Assembly (NCBI GenBank): GCA_030167865.1
Contig: JALAGF010001672.1
Span: forward strand, 1-60,268
Direction of reading: 5' to 3'
Length of the DNA: 60,268 bases
Source of the DNA: Craspedostauros australis
Taxonomy: Eukaryota
In this document: positions 22,501-34,256 of the stretch, one piece after another
Numbering within the stretch: position 1 is the first letter of the stretch
Layout: each line of letters begins with the position of its first letter
The notes under the pieces: generated by a model
The model's input: the letters and a program-made list of their open reading frames with translations, nothing else
Told to the model about the DNA's origin: nothing
Database searches by the model: none
Translations under genes and position numbers: made by a program

Positions 22501-22737
22501 GGAATACAACGCGCACCCACACCGATCCACCTATCGACACTCACATCCGCTGCCACATTCACCCCAAAGCACCCATTTGGGTTCCACCTCCGTTTCCGCG
22601 TCCAAAAAGCTTCTGACCAATCATCACAAATTTGCATCTGGTGCAGAACAACAACAGTTCATCACCAGTCAGATCAAACAGACCAACAGGCTCAACAGAC
22701 AAACGCCAAGAACAAACAAACAAACAAACACCACACA

Positions 22738-24447
22738 ATGGTATTCAACGTGAGCGAATCCGCAGCATGGGCCGTCCTCTTCGTGATCCTGATCATCTTC
22801 ACGGTTCTGGCCGTCGCATCCGCCGACTTCATGTCGAGCATCGTGCCTGAGGGGGTCGCCAACCTCCTGCTGCTGGGCCAGCGCAAGGACAGCAACGGCG
22901 TCGACATCTCCGGCGGCGCCATCGACTACTTCCTCGCCGCCAGGAACTCCGCCGGAACGTGGTCCATCGCCCTCTCCTACTTCGCCTCCGGAATGGGGGC
23001 GTGGATCGTCTACGGAACCACCGAGATGGGCGCCAACCCAAGGCTCTCCTGGCTGGGAGTCCTCGGCTACTCCGGCGCCAGCTCCATCCCGGCCCTCCTC
23101 GTGTGCTGGCTGGGACCCAAGGTCCGCGAGCACTCCGACGGCCACCGCGCCTTCTCCACCACCGACTTCGGACGCCAGCGCTACGGCCGCATCATGCAGG
23201 TCTCCATCGCCTGCATCTCCGGATTCTTCATGTTCATCTACATCGTCGCTGAGCTCACCTCCATCAGCAACGTCTTCGCCCTCCTCACGGGAGAGTCCCG
23301 CGAGTGGTTCGGCATCGGCGTCACCATCACCATGGCCGTCTTCACGCTATTCTACACCGGCGTGGCCGGCCTCCCAGCCTCCATCGTCACCGACAAGTTC
23401 CAGGGCGTCATCATGTTCTTCCTGGTGCTCCTCCTCACCATCGCTGTCTCCTCCTACGAGGAAAACCAGATCACCTCCAGCGAGTTCTCCAAGGCCTCCG
23501 ACATCACCGATGAGGGCCTCATGGCCGCCATCACCCTCGTCATTGCCATCGCCTCCGCGGAGTTGTTCAACCAGTCCACCTGGCAGCGCGTTTGGGCCGC
23601 CAAGGACATCCCAACCCTGCGCAAGGGCTTCGGCCTCGGCTCCCTCTTCGTCTTCCTCCTCATGATGTTCTTCGGAGTCATGGGCATGATCGCCTACGCC
23701 AACGACCCGGAGGCCTACGACAACTTCGAGAAGTTCGCCTTCCTCGCCTTCTTCGACATCCTGGCGCCGCTGCCAAACGCGTGGCACATCATCTCGCTCA
23801 TCCTGGTCACGGCCCTCGCCGCCTCCTCCATTGACAGTCTGCAGAACGGAATCACCTCCGTCTTCTACCACGACCTCGTCAAGCTAGGATACCAGCCGCA
23901 GACCACCGCGCGGATCTTGGTCGTCCTCCTCAACATCCCGGCCGTCTACATGGCGTCCGACAAGTACGACGTCATCTCGCTCTTCCTCGTCGCCGATCTC
24001 GTCTGCGCCACCGCCGCCTTCCCCACCTTCCTCGGACTCCAGAAGGAGGACATGCTCGGAGGCATGCTGCCGGCACCAACCGAGCTCGGTGCCTTCCTCG
24101 GAATCATCAGCGGCATGGCCACCGTCCTCATCAACGGTGCCATCAACGACGTCGATGGCAACGCCTTCGACTACTTCTGGCTCAAGAACCAGGGCATCTG
24201 CTCCCTGTGCGGAAAGAAGACCATGGTCTCCTTCATCATCACCCCGATCGTCTCCGCCATCATGACCTACGTCTTCTCCTTCCTCGACATCATGGTCCGC
24301 GGCGACCGCGCCCGTATGCCCATCATCCCAGTCTCATTCGATGACGACGACAAGGACACCGTCAACGAAGGCGACCACGACATGGAGGGCAACGATTACG
24401 ATGACAAGAAGCTGGACTCCTCCCACCGCTCTGAGCTCTCTGCCTAA
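22738..24447 (+). CDS. Solute:sodium symporter (SSS) family transporter, DUR3/DUR31-like (urea/polyamine)
   Basis: ATG at 22738 follows an aac-rich UTR; 569 aa with more than 12 hydrophobic segments. SSS motifs: DYFLAARNS, ALSYFASGMGAW, DFGRQRYG, YTGVAGLPASIVTDKFQG, QSTWQRVWAAKD, ALAASSIDS. Codon bias toward C-ending codons is very strong. Confidence 0.88.
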   Translation: MVFNVSESAAWAVLFVILIIFTVLAVASADFMSSIVPEGVANLLLLGQRKDSNGVDISGGAIDYFLAARNSAGTWSIALSYFASGMGAWIVYGTTEMGANPRLSWLGVLGYSGASSIPALLVCWLGPKVREHSDGHRAFSTTDFGRQRYGRIMQVSIACISGFFMFIYIVAELTSISNVFALLTGESREWFGIGVTITMAVFTLFYTGVAGLPASIVTDKFQGVIMFFLVLLLTIAVSSYEENQITSSEFSKASDITDEGLMAAITLVIAIASAELFNQSTWQRVWAAKDIPTLRKGFGLGSLFVFLLMMFFGVMGMIAYANDPEAYDNFEKFAFLAFFDILAPLPNAWHIISLILVTALAASSIDSLQNGITSVFYHDLVKLGYQPQTTARILVVLLNIPAVYMASDKYDVISLFLVADLVCATAAFPTFLGLQKEDMLGGMLPAPTELGAFLGIISGMATVLINGAINDVDGNAFDYFWLKNQGICSLCGKKTMVSFIITPIVSAIMTYVFSFLDIMVRGDRARMPIIPVSFDDDDKDTVNEGDHDMEGNDYDDKKLDSSHRSELSA

Positions 24448-25803
24448 GTGCTTCTTCCGTGAGGAAGGATGCACTCGCTGGAGCAACAACGGCACAACAC
24501 AGGCAACTATCAATCTCGCTGACAATCCGTCGTGAGATCTGCCGTCGCTCGTTGCTTCCGGGCATGAATATTTTACATACGACTTATGAAAAAGTAAGTG
24601 GCAACGGATGGCTACGACAGCGACCAATGGCGGCGGCGGTGTACAATGCGCATGCAGACGGAAGCGCGGAGGAAATATTCATCTTGCCTTGATCGCATTG
24701 CATCGCACCCCATCTCACAATCCAATTCAATCCGCCCATGCCACTCCATCTCTTCCTCTTCCACCCGACGACCATCCAACAACAACGACCGCAGAAACAA
24801 AACTATCTGATGTGTCTGATTTTAAGACATTCCGTTTGCGGGAGCCATTGAGTGCTGAGATTCGTAAAATGTTGAATGAGCCAACGTTCAAACCGTTTGA
24901 ACCTGATCGTGATAATGCGCGCGATAGGGAACAACTGGAATGTTCTTGGAATCACCAAAAACTACACAACAAGAGAACATACAAACACAAAGACAATACA
25001 AAGATGAAACGCGGTGAGCCATGTTCACCAGGCATGCAACAGCGTGGGTACGATTTTGCATACCCATGTCTTCACATGAATGAATGGATCGATAACCGAG
25101 ATGAGTGGATGACGGGAATGATTGACTGATTGATTGACGTTGGCGGATGGATGAATGGATGGATGGCGTGGGTAATTGTATCTGCTCGACACCATTTCAT
25201 CGCTCAAACACCACCACCACCACCAACCAATGGATCAAACCAAACAACAATGACCATCAACTACCTGACTCGGAAGGTCTCTATTCCTTGGGGAGAACAT
25301 GGCAAACAACTCTACACACCATGAAATAATTAATTGTGGCTGTTTTATCCTTTCATCGTCAATTTTCTTTCCTGGATGTTTGCGCGACGGCAGGAGGGGA
25401 GGGTCCACGTGCATCCACCTCATACTCTGTTCGTACCATCGGCATCAATGCCGACGCCCACAGAACGAGAGGACTACAATTATGCCGCTGCTCGTGTCCA
25501 GAACCAGATAATTGTCGGCAGCAAGGAACTCCATGCCATTTTTTGCTTTCTGCCACACACACTGTTGGTGTGCCGCGTTCCATGTTTCCTGCAGACAGAG
25601 TCCTCTCTGTCTCTCTAGACTTGATCCGAATAGTCTAATGGAGCCGAATCAAATCTACTTTAATCCAACCTAGATATCAATCTACATACTCTACAATCAA
25701 ACTGGGCGGCGTTGTGCCCAGTTGAATTGGGAAGCTATTTCATTGTCATCTATTGTATTGCACAAGAGTATTATTATTTCATGCTTTTTTTCAATTTGAG
25801 CCA

Positions 25804-26895
25804 TCACTCCGAGCGTGAAGCTGCCACGGAAGACTGCGGTCTCGTTTTAGTGCACGATCTGTCCACGTGCCGCCTGGAACGACGGCCACTGGCGGACCGA
25901 GTCCTTCGTAGACTAGCGCCGCGGCTGTGAATGCGTCGCGGCGCTGTTCGCGCATCCGATTCCTGCGTGCGACGTTTCTTTCTCAGTCGCAGGCCACGGC
26001 TCTTGCACGATGCGACTTCCTTCTCGTCCGTCTTGGCGAGATCAAGGGCGCGCTGCACGGCATCTTCGCTGATCTTTTGGCACGATCTCGCTAATCTATG
26101 CTGATCGGAGCAGGTTCCGTTGCTGCGGAGCTGGCGCACACGTGAGCGCCGCAATACGTTGCTGATCTGGCTTCGTTCCTTCAGCTGTTTGACCGCCAAC
26201 TCGTTGTCGATGAGGCATTCGAGTCCGCGCATGCAGTATTCTTCTGCAAACCGTTGCTGCTGCTGCTGCTGCTGTTGAGTGGCATTGGCGTTGGTCTCCG
26301 TTGCGTTGTAGTGGTCCACGTCGACCACGGTTTGGAACTGATGCCGCAGCATCTCTTCGGCGGAGTACCAGTATCGCGATACCTCGCCGTCTGTCTTTGC
26401 AGGGATGCTGTGCACCATCGTGAACAACGTTGGATCCGTGGGGAATCGGACATTCTTCGTGGGCTTGCTGCTTCCCGCGTTCCCACTGACGAGGCAACCA
26501 GCCGGCTTCGGCGGTGGAGCTGTGCGTCGGACGGGTGACCTTCCTGTGCGTCTCTTCGGTGTGATGGGCGAAACTGGCGCGGCACTGTCGTGGACGGTAG
26601 CATCGATCTCCGAGAATGAGTCCTCGAGGGATGACTGCGAACCGATCGTCTCGGCCGTCGATGAGTCCTTCACGTCCGAGGAAGCGGAAGCCGATGGCAA
26701 TGATGAGAACTTCGACTGGAGCTTCGAGAGCTGAAGATCGAAGGAATAAAAGCGCTTTTTCTTTTCTGACTTGCCAGTTGGCCTCTTGCTCTCAGTCGCT
26801 GTTTGGTGAGCGTCTTTGAATGCTGACGGTGCAGCGGATCTCATTGGTGCTGCTGCCGACGAAGGCGACTTCAATCGATTCAGCGCCTTGACCAT
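25804..26895 (-). CDS. Diatom-type hypothetical protein (VxF / WYS..E / RGLE family)
   Basis: Likely ATG at 26895 (MVKALN); upstream ATGs near 27024 are possible. Contains KNVRF...MVHSIP...YWYSAEE...CMRGLE...LARSCQKISEDAVQRALDLAKTD, a motif string typical of a large diatom-specific family. Confidence 0.75.
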   Translation of the reverse strand: MVKALNRLKSPSSAAAPMRSAAPSAFKDAHQTATESKRPTGKSEKKKRFYSFDLQLSKLQSKFSSLPSASASSDVKDSSTAETIGSQSSLEDSFSEIDATVHDSAAPVSPITPKRRTGRSPVRRTAPPPKPAGCLVSGNAGSSKPTKNVRFPTDPTLFTMVHSIPAKTDGEVSRYWYSAEEMLRHQFQTVVDVDHYNATETNANATQQQQQQQQRFAEEYCMRGLECLIDNELAVKQLKERSQISNVLRRSRVRQLRSNGTCSDQHRLARSCQKISEDAVQRALDLAKTDEKEVASCKSRGLRLRKKRRTQESDARTAPRRIHSRGASLRRTRSASGRRSRRHVDRSCTKTRPQSSVAASRSE

Positions 26896-28668
26896 CGGGT
26901 TTTGCTTCTGCTTCTGCTTGGTGAGGATGCACCCATCATCTTCTAGAAGGAAAGTGTCGGATAGTCGCCGATGGCACGAGTGCTTACCGCGCGATGGTCT
27001 GTGGAATGAAGCGTGGCCCATCATGTTTTGTCGTGTGTTATCGTGTATTTTCGGGTATTGCTGTTGCTGTTGCTACTGTCAATTTTATGATTGGAAATTG
27101 TGACCAGCAACAGTTGTCTGTGTCCGTCCATGACTGGTCACGTTCGCACCCGACGCTCAGCTCACTGGGCAACCACGTTGCGTGGATTGTGGAGGAGATG
27201 AGCGGAGCCGAAGATGGGAAAAGTGCACACATGAGTTTTGTGTCATTCGCACATGGCAATGCAACTGTGATCGCTCGTTTTGTGTCGACCATCGCCGAAG
27301 GCGAAATGTCAACCAGCGATTGGAGATCCGATGAGGCACTCGGTTTGATAGGGACATGTGGCTGCGCAACGCGACAGAGAGAAGAGGGCTTCCTCTCTTC
27401 CTCCCCATGAAGCCTCTTCTGTTGGCGCACGATGTGAAAAGCTGTGATGTGCCGACGTGTGGCTGCGACACCTCTCTGTCCTGTTGTGCTCGAAGTGGCA
27501 CACCATTCGGTGGCTCCAGTCGGACGTGTGCTCTTCTCTCTGTCTATCCTGCATGAATCGGATGCATCAATAACGTGCCACTATGTTTGAGACAACACGA
27601 TGCACGCATGTGTGCCTGTAAGTAATGCTCAACCCACTGTTCATCGAATCGAGTATCATAGTGAAGGTGGACGTTGTTGTTTTTGTTGTTGTTTCTCATC
27701 GTTATCTACTCTTGTTCAATATAGCCTCGCAGCCCATATGATCATCAGGTATTATGACCGTACGTCACCAGTGTTTCTGCTCGCAGACAAACTGTCTCTC
27801 TTCGGTCTGACCGCCATCCAATACATCTGTCGCAATTGGTACTTGGTCAGTCGTTACAAATGATTAGAGTATCCCGGTTGAAAACGGGATTAATGTTCAA
27901 GTTGATCAACCCACGATTCACAAACACGTTCGCGGTTTCGGCTTCAAACTCGGTCAGACGGAGTGGGAAGAGGCAAGATGGCGGTGATCAATACCTATGG
28001 TCGCCACTGGTAATGGAGATCATAGGTATTGGCGGCGAGGATGGAGATGAGTGTGCGTATCGTGCATGGAATAGAGGAGATTGTGGAGTATGGCAGTTGA
28101 TTGGTTCCTTATGGCCTTCGGAGTGCGGCGGGCCAAGAGACAGGCATCCCTTCTGGTGTGGCGGGTCTCCAGTTCTTTGATGTGATGTGGTGTGATGTCG
28201 CGCAGTGTGATGTGGTGTGCCTGGTATCACTTCACCGACGTGCACCTTGCCGATCCCTTCCTCTCTCTCTCTCTCTCTGAGCTGATTCGATCAGGTTCCT
28301 GCTGGCGGCTATGATCACCGTTCTGCGATGAGAATGCATGTGTACGAGTTATGATAGCACCCATTCCCGCGCGATGAACCTGACTTTGCTTGTCGAGTGT
28401 GGCGGTAATCGAGTTGAGCGGAGTTGAGCGGCATAGCATTGTGTTGTTCTGTCTTGTTTCTAATGCTTAATTGCTTTCTAGCTGGTGTGCCACCGTGGCC
28501 ACCTATTAGTGTAGTCGTACATTCTACTTTTCTAAGCGTATACGAGTACTCGTTGAAGATGATGAGAGATGCGTTGCTTTGCCTTTTGAGGCTGGGACAC
28601 CAAGCACGGTTTTGGTGTATCCCTTCGCGCGTGTTTGCAGCACCCGCAGTTGACTGCGCGTCGTTCGC

Positions 28669-29745
28669 TCATGCCGCCCATCTGTTGATCCGCGGTGGAT
28701 CGGACTTGAGGAACTTGGTGTAATAGTAATCCACGCGGGCTTGAAGGACCTCGAGATCGGACTGGATGGTCTCGAGCCGATCGGCCACCAGCGAATGCGA
28801 TGTCGGCGTCGATGTCATCGATGTGCTCGCCATGTTGATCGTGATGAGCTCGGCGTTCAATGCTTGCAGCCGTTGCTGCAGAACGACGAATTGCGGTGGC
28901 AACATCGGACGCTGTTGCAGCTGCTGCTGTCTGGGTCGCTGCTGTGGCGGCGTGCTGACTTCCACGTGCATTGGTTGCGATGCGTTCATGCGGTTGGATC
29001 GGCGGCTGGTCGAAGCTCGTTGACGCGTGTCCGCCTCGCCCCATCGGCTCGTGCCGACGGGCGCGGCCGGTCCGTTGGAGTTGGCCGCGATGCAGATGGA
29101 TTCCATGCTCTTCGTGCGGCGCATGCGGGTCTTTGGCATCGCGCCATGAGGCTGCTGTAGCGCCGGCGACGACGCGGATACTTGTGACAGCGAGGAGGAG
29201 GAGGTCGATGGAGCAAGTGACTGGGCAGCAGGCTGCCTTGGTCTGCGGCCGCGGCGGGTCAGGCGCTTCCTGTTGTTGGTCCTCGCGATGTTGTTGGTCG
29301 AAACGAAGTGCAGCAAATCGTTGGAAGCCGAAGCGAAGGAAGACAGCGAGTCATCGAGGGAAGAGAAGGACTCGTGGTGCTCGTCGATCTGGAACAACGA
29401 AAGCGATGCCGATGCCAACGAGGAAGAGGACAGCGACGCAGTGAGCGAATGGTTTGAGCGCGAGAGCTCATCTTCCGGCTCTTCCTCTTCCTGCCGCTCC
29501 TCAGGCTGTTCCTGCTCTCCGTGCTGCTGCTGCGTCCGCAGGCGTCGAAGTCTTGATGTGCTCTTTGAAGATTGAGCATGGCACTTGTCGGTGCTGAAGC
29601 TCATCTCGATGGCGCTGGTTGGGGTCGCCAGCTTCGAGCAGGATGCGGACGATGCTGATGCTGATGCCAGTGTGAGTGTTGGTGAAGATGGCTCCATGGT
29701 CGACATGTGAATCACATGGTGCTGGAAGTCGTGGTTAGGGAGCAT
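28669..29745 (-). CDS. Hypothetical Ser-rich protein with a C-terminal helical/coiled-coil segment
   Basis: Likely ATG at 29745 (MLPNHDF). The upstream part of the called ORF is acacg-rich and UTR-like. C-terminus LQQRLQALNAELITINM...LVADRLETIQSDLEVLQARVDYYYTKF. Confidence 0.65.
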   Translation of the reverse strand: MLPNHDFQHHVIHMSTMEPSSPTLTLASASASSASCSKLATPTSAIEMSFSTDKCHAQSSKSTSRLRRLRTQQQHGEQEQPEERQEEEEPEDELSRSNHSLTASLSSSSLASASLSLFQIDEHHESFSSLDDSLSSFASASNDLLHFVSTNNIARTNNRKRLTRRGRRPRQPAAQSLAPSTSSSSLSQVSASSPALQQPHGAMPKTRMRRTKSMESICIAANSNGPAAPVGTSRWGEADTRQRASTSRRSNRMNASQPMHVEVSTPPQQRPRQQQLQQRPMLPPQFVVLQQRLQALNAELITINMASTSMTSTPTSHSLVADRLETIQSDLEVLQARVDYYYTKFLKSDPPRINRWAA

Positions 29746-32700
29746 GGTATCGATGTAATGTTGTTGGCGTTGCTGCTGAAGTTGGACTAGCGGCAGTGGC
29801 GTGTTTGGGAGTGATGGTGTATGTGCTAATACGGGTACGTACGAGCTGTGGTAATTGTGTGAGTATTGATTTTGTGAGGCTTTCCGGGTCCGGAGGGTTC
29901 GAACGCGATCGTACGAACTGTTGCTGTGCACTGGTACCAGTGGGCGTGGTTGGTATGGTTGGCACGAGTGTGTGTGTCGTGTCCGCCTCGTATCGTGCGT
30001 CGTGTTGTGTCGTGTGGTGTCGTGTCGTGGTTCTGGATTGTTCCTTTGTGAGCTGTGTGGAGTTGATGGGACTCTCTGCGAAGTTTGGCTTCTGGTTGTG
30101 TTTGCGCGTGTGCTTCTGTGACCCGATTTGGCTTGTCCTTTTGTGGTGACTTCGAGAATAAATGTCGCTGGCGATGGCATCGGTTTGGTTTTGAATGCGT
30201 GAGGGCGGAGCCAAAGGCGTTTGTTTACATTCGTACGAGCACATCGTACTCGTGTCCGTGCCGACGACTCCGGAGAGTGACGAATACTGCCTCACACCGA
30301 TCGATCGACGGAGTGCGATCTCTTGGTCTGTGTCTGTTTCGTCGAAGTACTCGTTGGCGTTTTCGTCGGTATTTTTCTGGTTGTGTGTGGTCGTGTGCGT
30401 GAGCAGCTTTGATGGGTTGTGATTTCAATTTGTGGGACTCAAACGTCGCTCCCAAGGACGATACCAGGCATTCCATGTCGCATAAGTAACCCATGACCGA
30501 AATGCTGTTTTTTGCCGTCGATGGACATCGAAATGACCAATGGGGGTCATTCTACACGATATATGTTTGATCACAGCTGCTTCTACCAATGTCAAGTGCC
30601 AACACCAACGCCAGCCAGAGAAGCCAGACTGGCAATTTCCACCCCAGCCAACGGTTGCTGAGAGCACGCAGAGCTGCTGCAATACAAGCTGCTCGCACAC
30701 TCCAATCGATCATGCTTCGCAACCAAGATGGGGCTGTGGCGTGGTGGTCTTGCTTGTGCTATTCCACAAGACACCAGCCACCGACCATCAACCACCATCA
30801 TGGACATGCATCATGACCACAAAATGATCGACGCAGTCAGCGACCGACATGGGTCGACAGTGACACTGACATCAGCAACAGCGTTCGTCCTGTGGCGTTC
30901 CAACACTGTGGCCGCCGATGGCAACTCTTCCGTGCGAATCGCAAGTGCGACCGCACCCAACAGATACCCCGCGATGGCCACCCAATTTGCAGAGAGAGAG
31001 AGAGAGGTGCAGGAACCATTGGGCGCTGTGCGAAGGGAGCAGCCCGAACCCACGCACGGCAAAGAAAATGTCATCGAGGGAAGCAACGCCTGGGTCCAAT
31101 GAATGACAAAACCGGACGAGTGATCGACTTCTTCCGAGGCCCACGGCGACGATGTCTGTGACCTCTCCAGCAACCGGAAGCTTTCCCGAAACAAGAGGGT
31201 GTGCGGAAAGCACAGCACGATGGCAAACACAGACACAAGCCGCCGGTGGGACTCAGTCGGCTTGGAGGAACGTGGCTGTGTGCGAACAGATCCTCTGCGG
31301 AACATCTTGCAATCTATTTGTTCACAGAAACATTCCATTGAGGCTGTCAACCCACATTGTTCAAGCGGGATTTGGTGCGTACTAATGCAAGCTTTGAGTG
31401 CAGCATGATACTACTACAAGCGACACCAAGCATGGTGGATGGCTTCTGTGGGAACGACCACCATCTCCTTCGTGTACGAGTATCTGGGCCAGCACTGCCC
31501 GGAGCGAGAAGAATTGTTCGGCACACGATGGCGGTGCCCACACGCTGTTTGAGACTTTGTTGCCTTTGTCTGTCGTATCCGCTGCGTCCGCTTTCCGTGA
31601 ACTTCGATTGTGATTACGATTACGACTACGATTGGCATGCTTGACACCAGCATCATCCGCTGACTCCACACGCTTCAGCGAATGTCGAACCACGAGTAGG
31701 CGGCAAGCGTAGCTCGTACTGTCTGTCGATGTTACGCACATTGGCACCATCGCACGCGCTTCCTGAACAACGCATCTGGTGGAACCTGCAGCAACCATAC
31801 AATACTTGGGCAGGAGCGCTGCCTCGATGACGACCGCGTCAACGCATCGGTAAGGCGCCTCCCATTGATCAAGGAGTGCCACGGAACGAGAAATGCCACG
31901 ACTCGAACTCATTCCAATTTAACATTACTCAAGTCCTATTTCTAGAAGTGTGTCGCTCGACGTAGATAGATCGTGTGTTGCTAGATCCCTCTATGCACAA
32001 GGTCTTCCGCAAAACAAACAGGTGCTGCGTACGTGCACGCGCCCACGTCTCGATTCTGAAGGGAGGCAACGATCGGCGGAACTCAAGCTTCCGGATAGAG
32101 TATGATTCAACAAGCGTCCTACAAGTTGGTATAGAGAGCACAGATAGGTCATAAACCAGGTACAAGCAAGTTCGCCAACCAGCAGAGGTCAACAGCAGAG
32201 GAATGAAAGGAGTGACCTCATTTTGGGTCGGCTACGTCGAGGGCAGTAGGTGAACCGCGCATTGCAGTTGTGCGTCATTTGGCCGAGACGATGCGTAGTG
32301 CCGCGCCAATTCTGTACCTCATGTCTGGACTCCGATGATTTGCATCATGGTCGTGGTTGTGGATGCCGTGGAGGTGATGCCGTGTCGGAGCAAAACGTTG
32401 CGTCGATGGTGGCGATGCCGATGCTGACATGGCCATTGACACGTGCATTGACGTCGACATCACAAGTGTCAAGACCAAGATTTCCGTGCAGAGCAGAGAA
32501 GCAGACTGTGATCCCTGGGTCCAATCGTAGGTCGCGGATGGTGCGGCATCACGCTGGTACATAATGGGATACGCATTCGCACAAGAGCATCGTGCCAAGC
32601 AGCATCGAAATGGAGTACTCCACGAGTATGAAATGTCCTGCTACAGATGCGATGCTTCACCTTTTGGGTACGCGAGTTCCACGGAGGAGGTTCTGTGATA

Positions 32701-34256
32701 GCGGCAAGCGCATAATAGCTGATGGCGATGCGGAATTCTCGCGTCGTGGCGTGGAAGCAGTGACGACTGCCATGGATCGTTCCGAGCGTCCTTAAATTTC
32801 GCCGGGCTGCACATCTCATTGCATGGACTTTGGGAATCCTTGGGCCAGTTCTGGTCATGGCGTACTTCGCGTCCGCAGGTTGGACGATCACATTGGTGCC
32901 ACTTGTGGACGTGTGCTGGCGTGAGATGGTGGTTGCGGCACGGAGCGGAATGGAATACGAATACAACGCAGGAGCGTAGAACGTCTGCAGACAGAGGACT
33001 CCGTAGTGGTGGCATGAGACACTGCGAGTATACTATTACGTGCCCATGGATGCAAGTGCAGACACGAAGATGGTGGAGAGAGCGATAGAAACAAGCCAAA
33101 CCAGAGCAAAGCAGAGCAGAACGAAAAAGAAAACGGAATCGAAAATGAAGGAAAGAAAAGGAATGGACAATTTGAAGTGAAGCAGAGAAGCGCAAACCAT
33201 CATGGCTCGTGATGAAGCGCTCGGTTGATGTGACTTGGTTGCCGCTTGGGCGTGTTCAATGCACAGATCTTAGCTCCGCTGTGTATCATCCCGACAGAGT
33301 ACGATCGCAATTGTTCTCGTTGGCTAGGAGGGATGAGCATAGATCCAGAGCCAGAGACAGCAGATGAGACCGGTTGTGCGAGTGGGACAGACCAGAGTAA
33401 TGGCGGAAGTGTAATGTTGCTCGTGGATCACCATGGAGGTGATGGATGGTGAATCTTCTTTGTCGTGGGTCGACATTGCCTGCACAGAGACTATCGTCTC
33501 TCTACAGTTGTTGTGATGTCGTCGCCATCCTTCCCGGGATGATGGCCATGCGCGTCTGCGCCCACGAGCGCGAGTTGTTCGTGGAGTTTGTTGGCGCTGT
33601 GATGCAGATTCGTGGGACAGCTCAAGCGACGAATCTGTTGTGCACAAGCGTGGGGGACTTGGTGCGGCTTCAAGTAGATGACATGACGAATGGCGATACT
33701 CCGCCTTACTTATTGGCCTATCGTACTCGTGCGTACAATCGTTTCTTTGGTGCGGTTCCTGTGATACTTGGGTACTACGAGTTCGTCCAACGCGAATACT
33801 GAAATGTCTATATGCACCTTCAATTAAGCTTCTGACCCTTCGGTTGAAGCTCCAAACAAACGATTTGCGAAGTCCGCGATGTCAGAGCCGAACTCCAAGA
33901 CAAGTTGCGGCGCTGCGTTCTTGGTGACGTTCGCAAAGATGTGCGAAGAGGAATCAGTGGACGCGCCAGTTGCACACACAAGCTGTGGGAGAGTAGGGAA
34001 TCTGTGTTCGTGGACATCACCTCCACCGGCATTGTTAACGGAGCCTTGCGTACCAGTATCGTGTGAGGTGGCGTGGACCATCTCGAAATATCGTGAAGTT
34101 GCACTTGGTTTCTGAAGAAGCGCCGACTTTTGTCATTGCTTCTCGAATGGGAACATAAAACCGAAGACTGATCCAAATCAATCAGATCTGTCATCCATCG
34201 ATCATTCATCATCATTCATTCATCACCAACATCATCATCCGACATAAACAAGAACC

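Noticed and set aside
22243-22737. 165-aa N-terminal extension of the symporter ORF (and similar extensions on the 8173, 14750 and 28669 ORFs)
   Set aside because: aac/caa-rich UTR-like sequence that happens to lack stops. The downstream ATG gives the more plausible N-terminus in each case.
33246-34120. Short ORF fragments upstream of the ankyrin gene (possible pseudogene)
   Set aside because: No family could be recognised and no consistent splice model was found.
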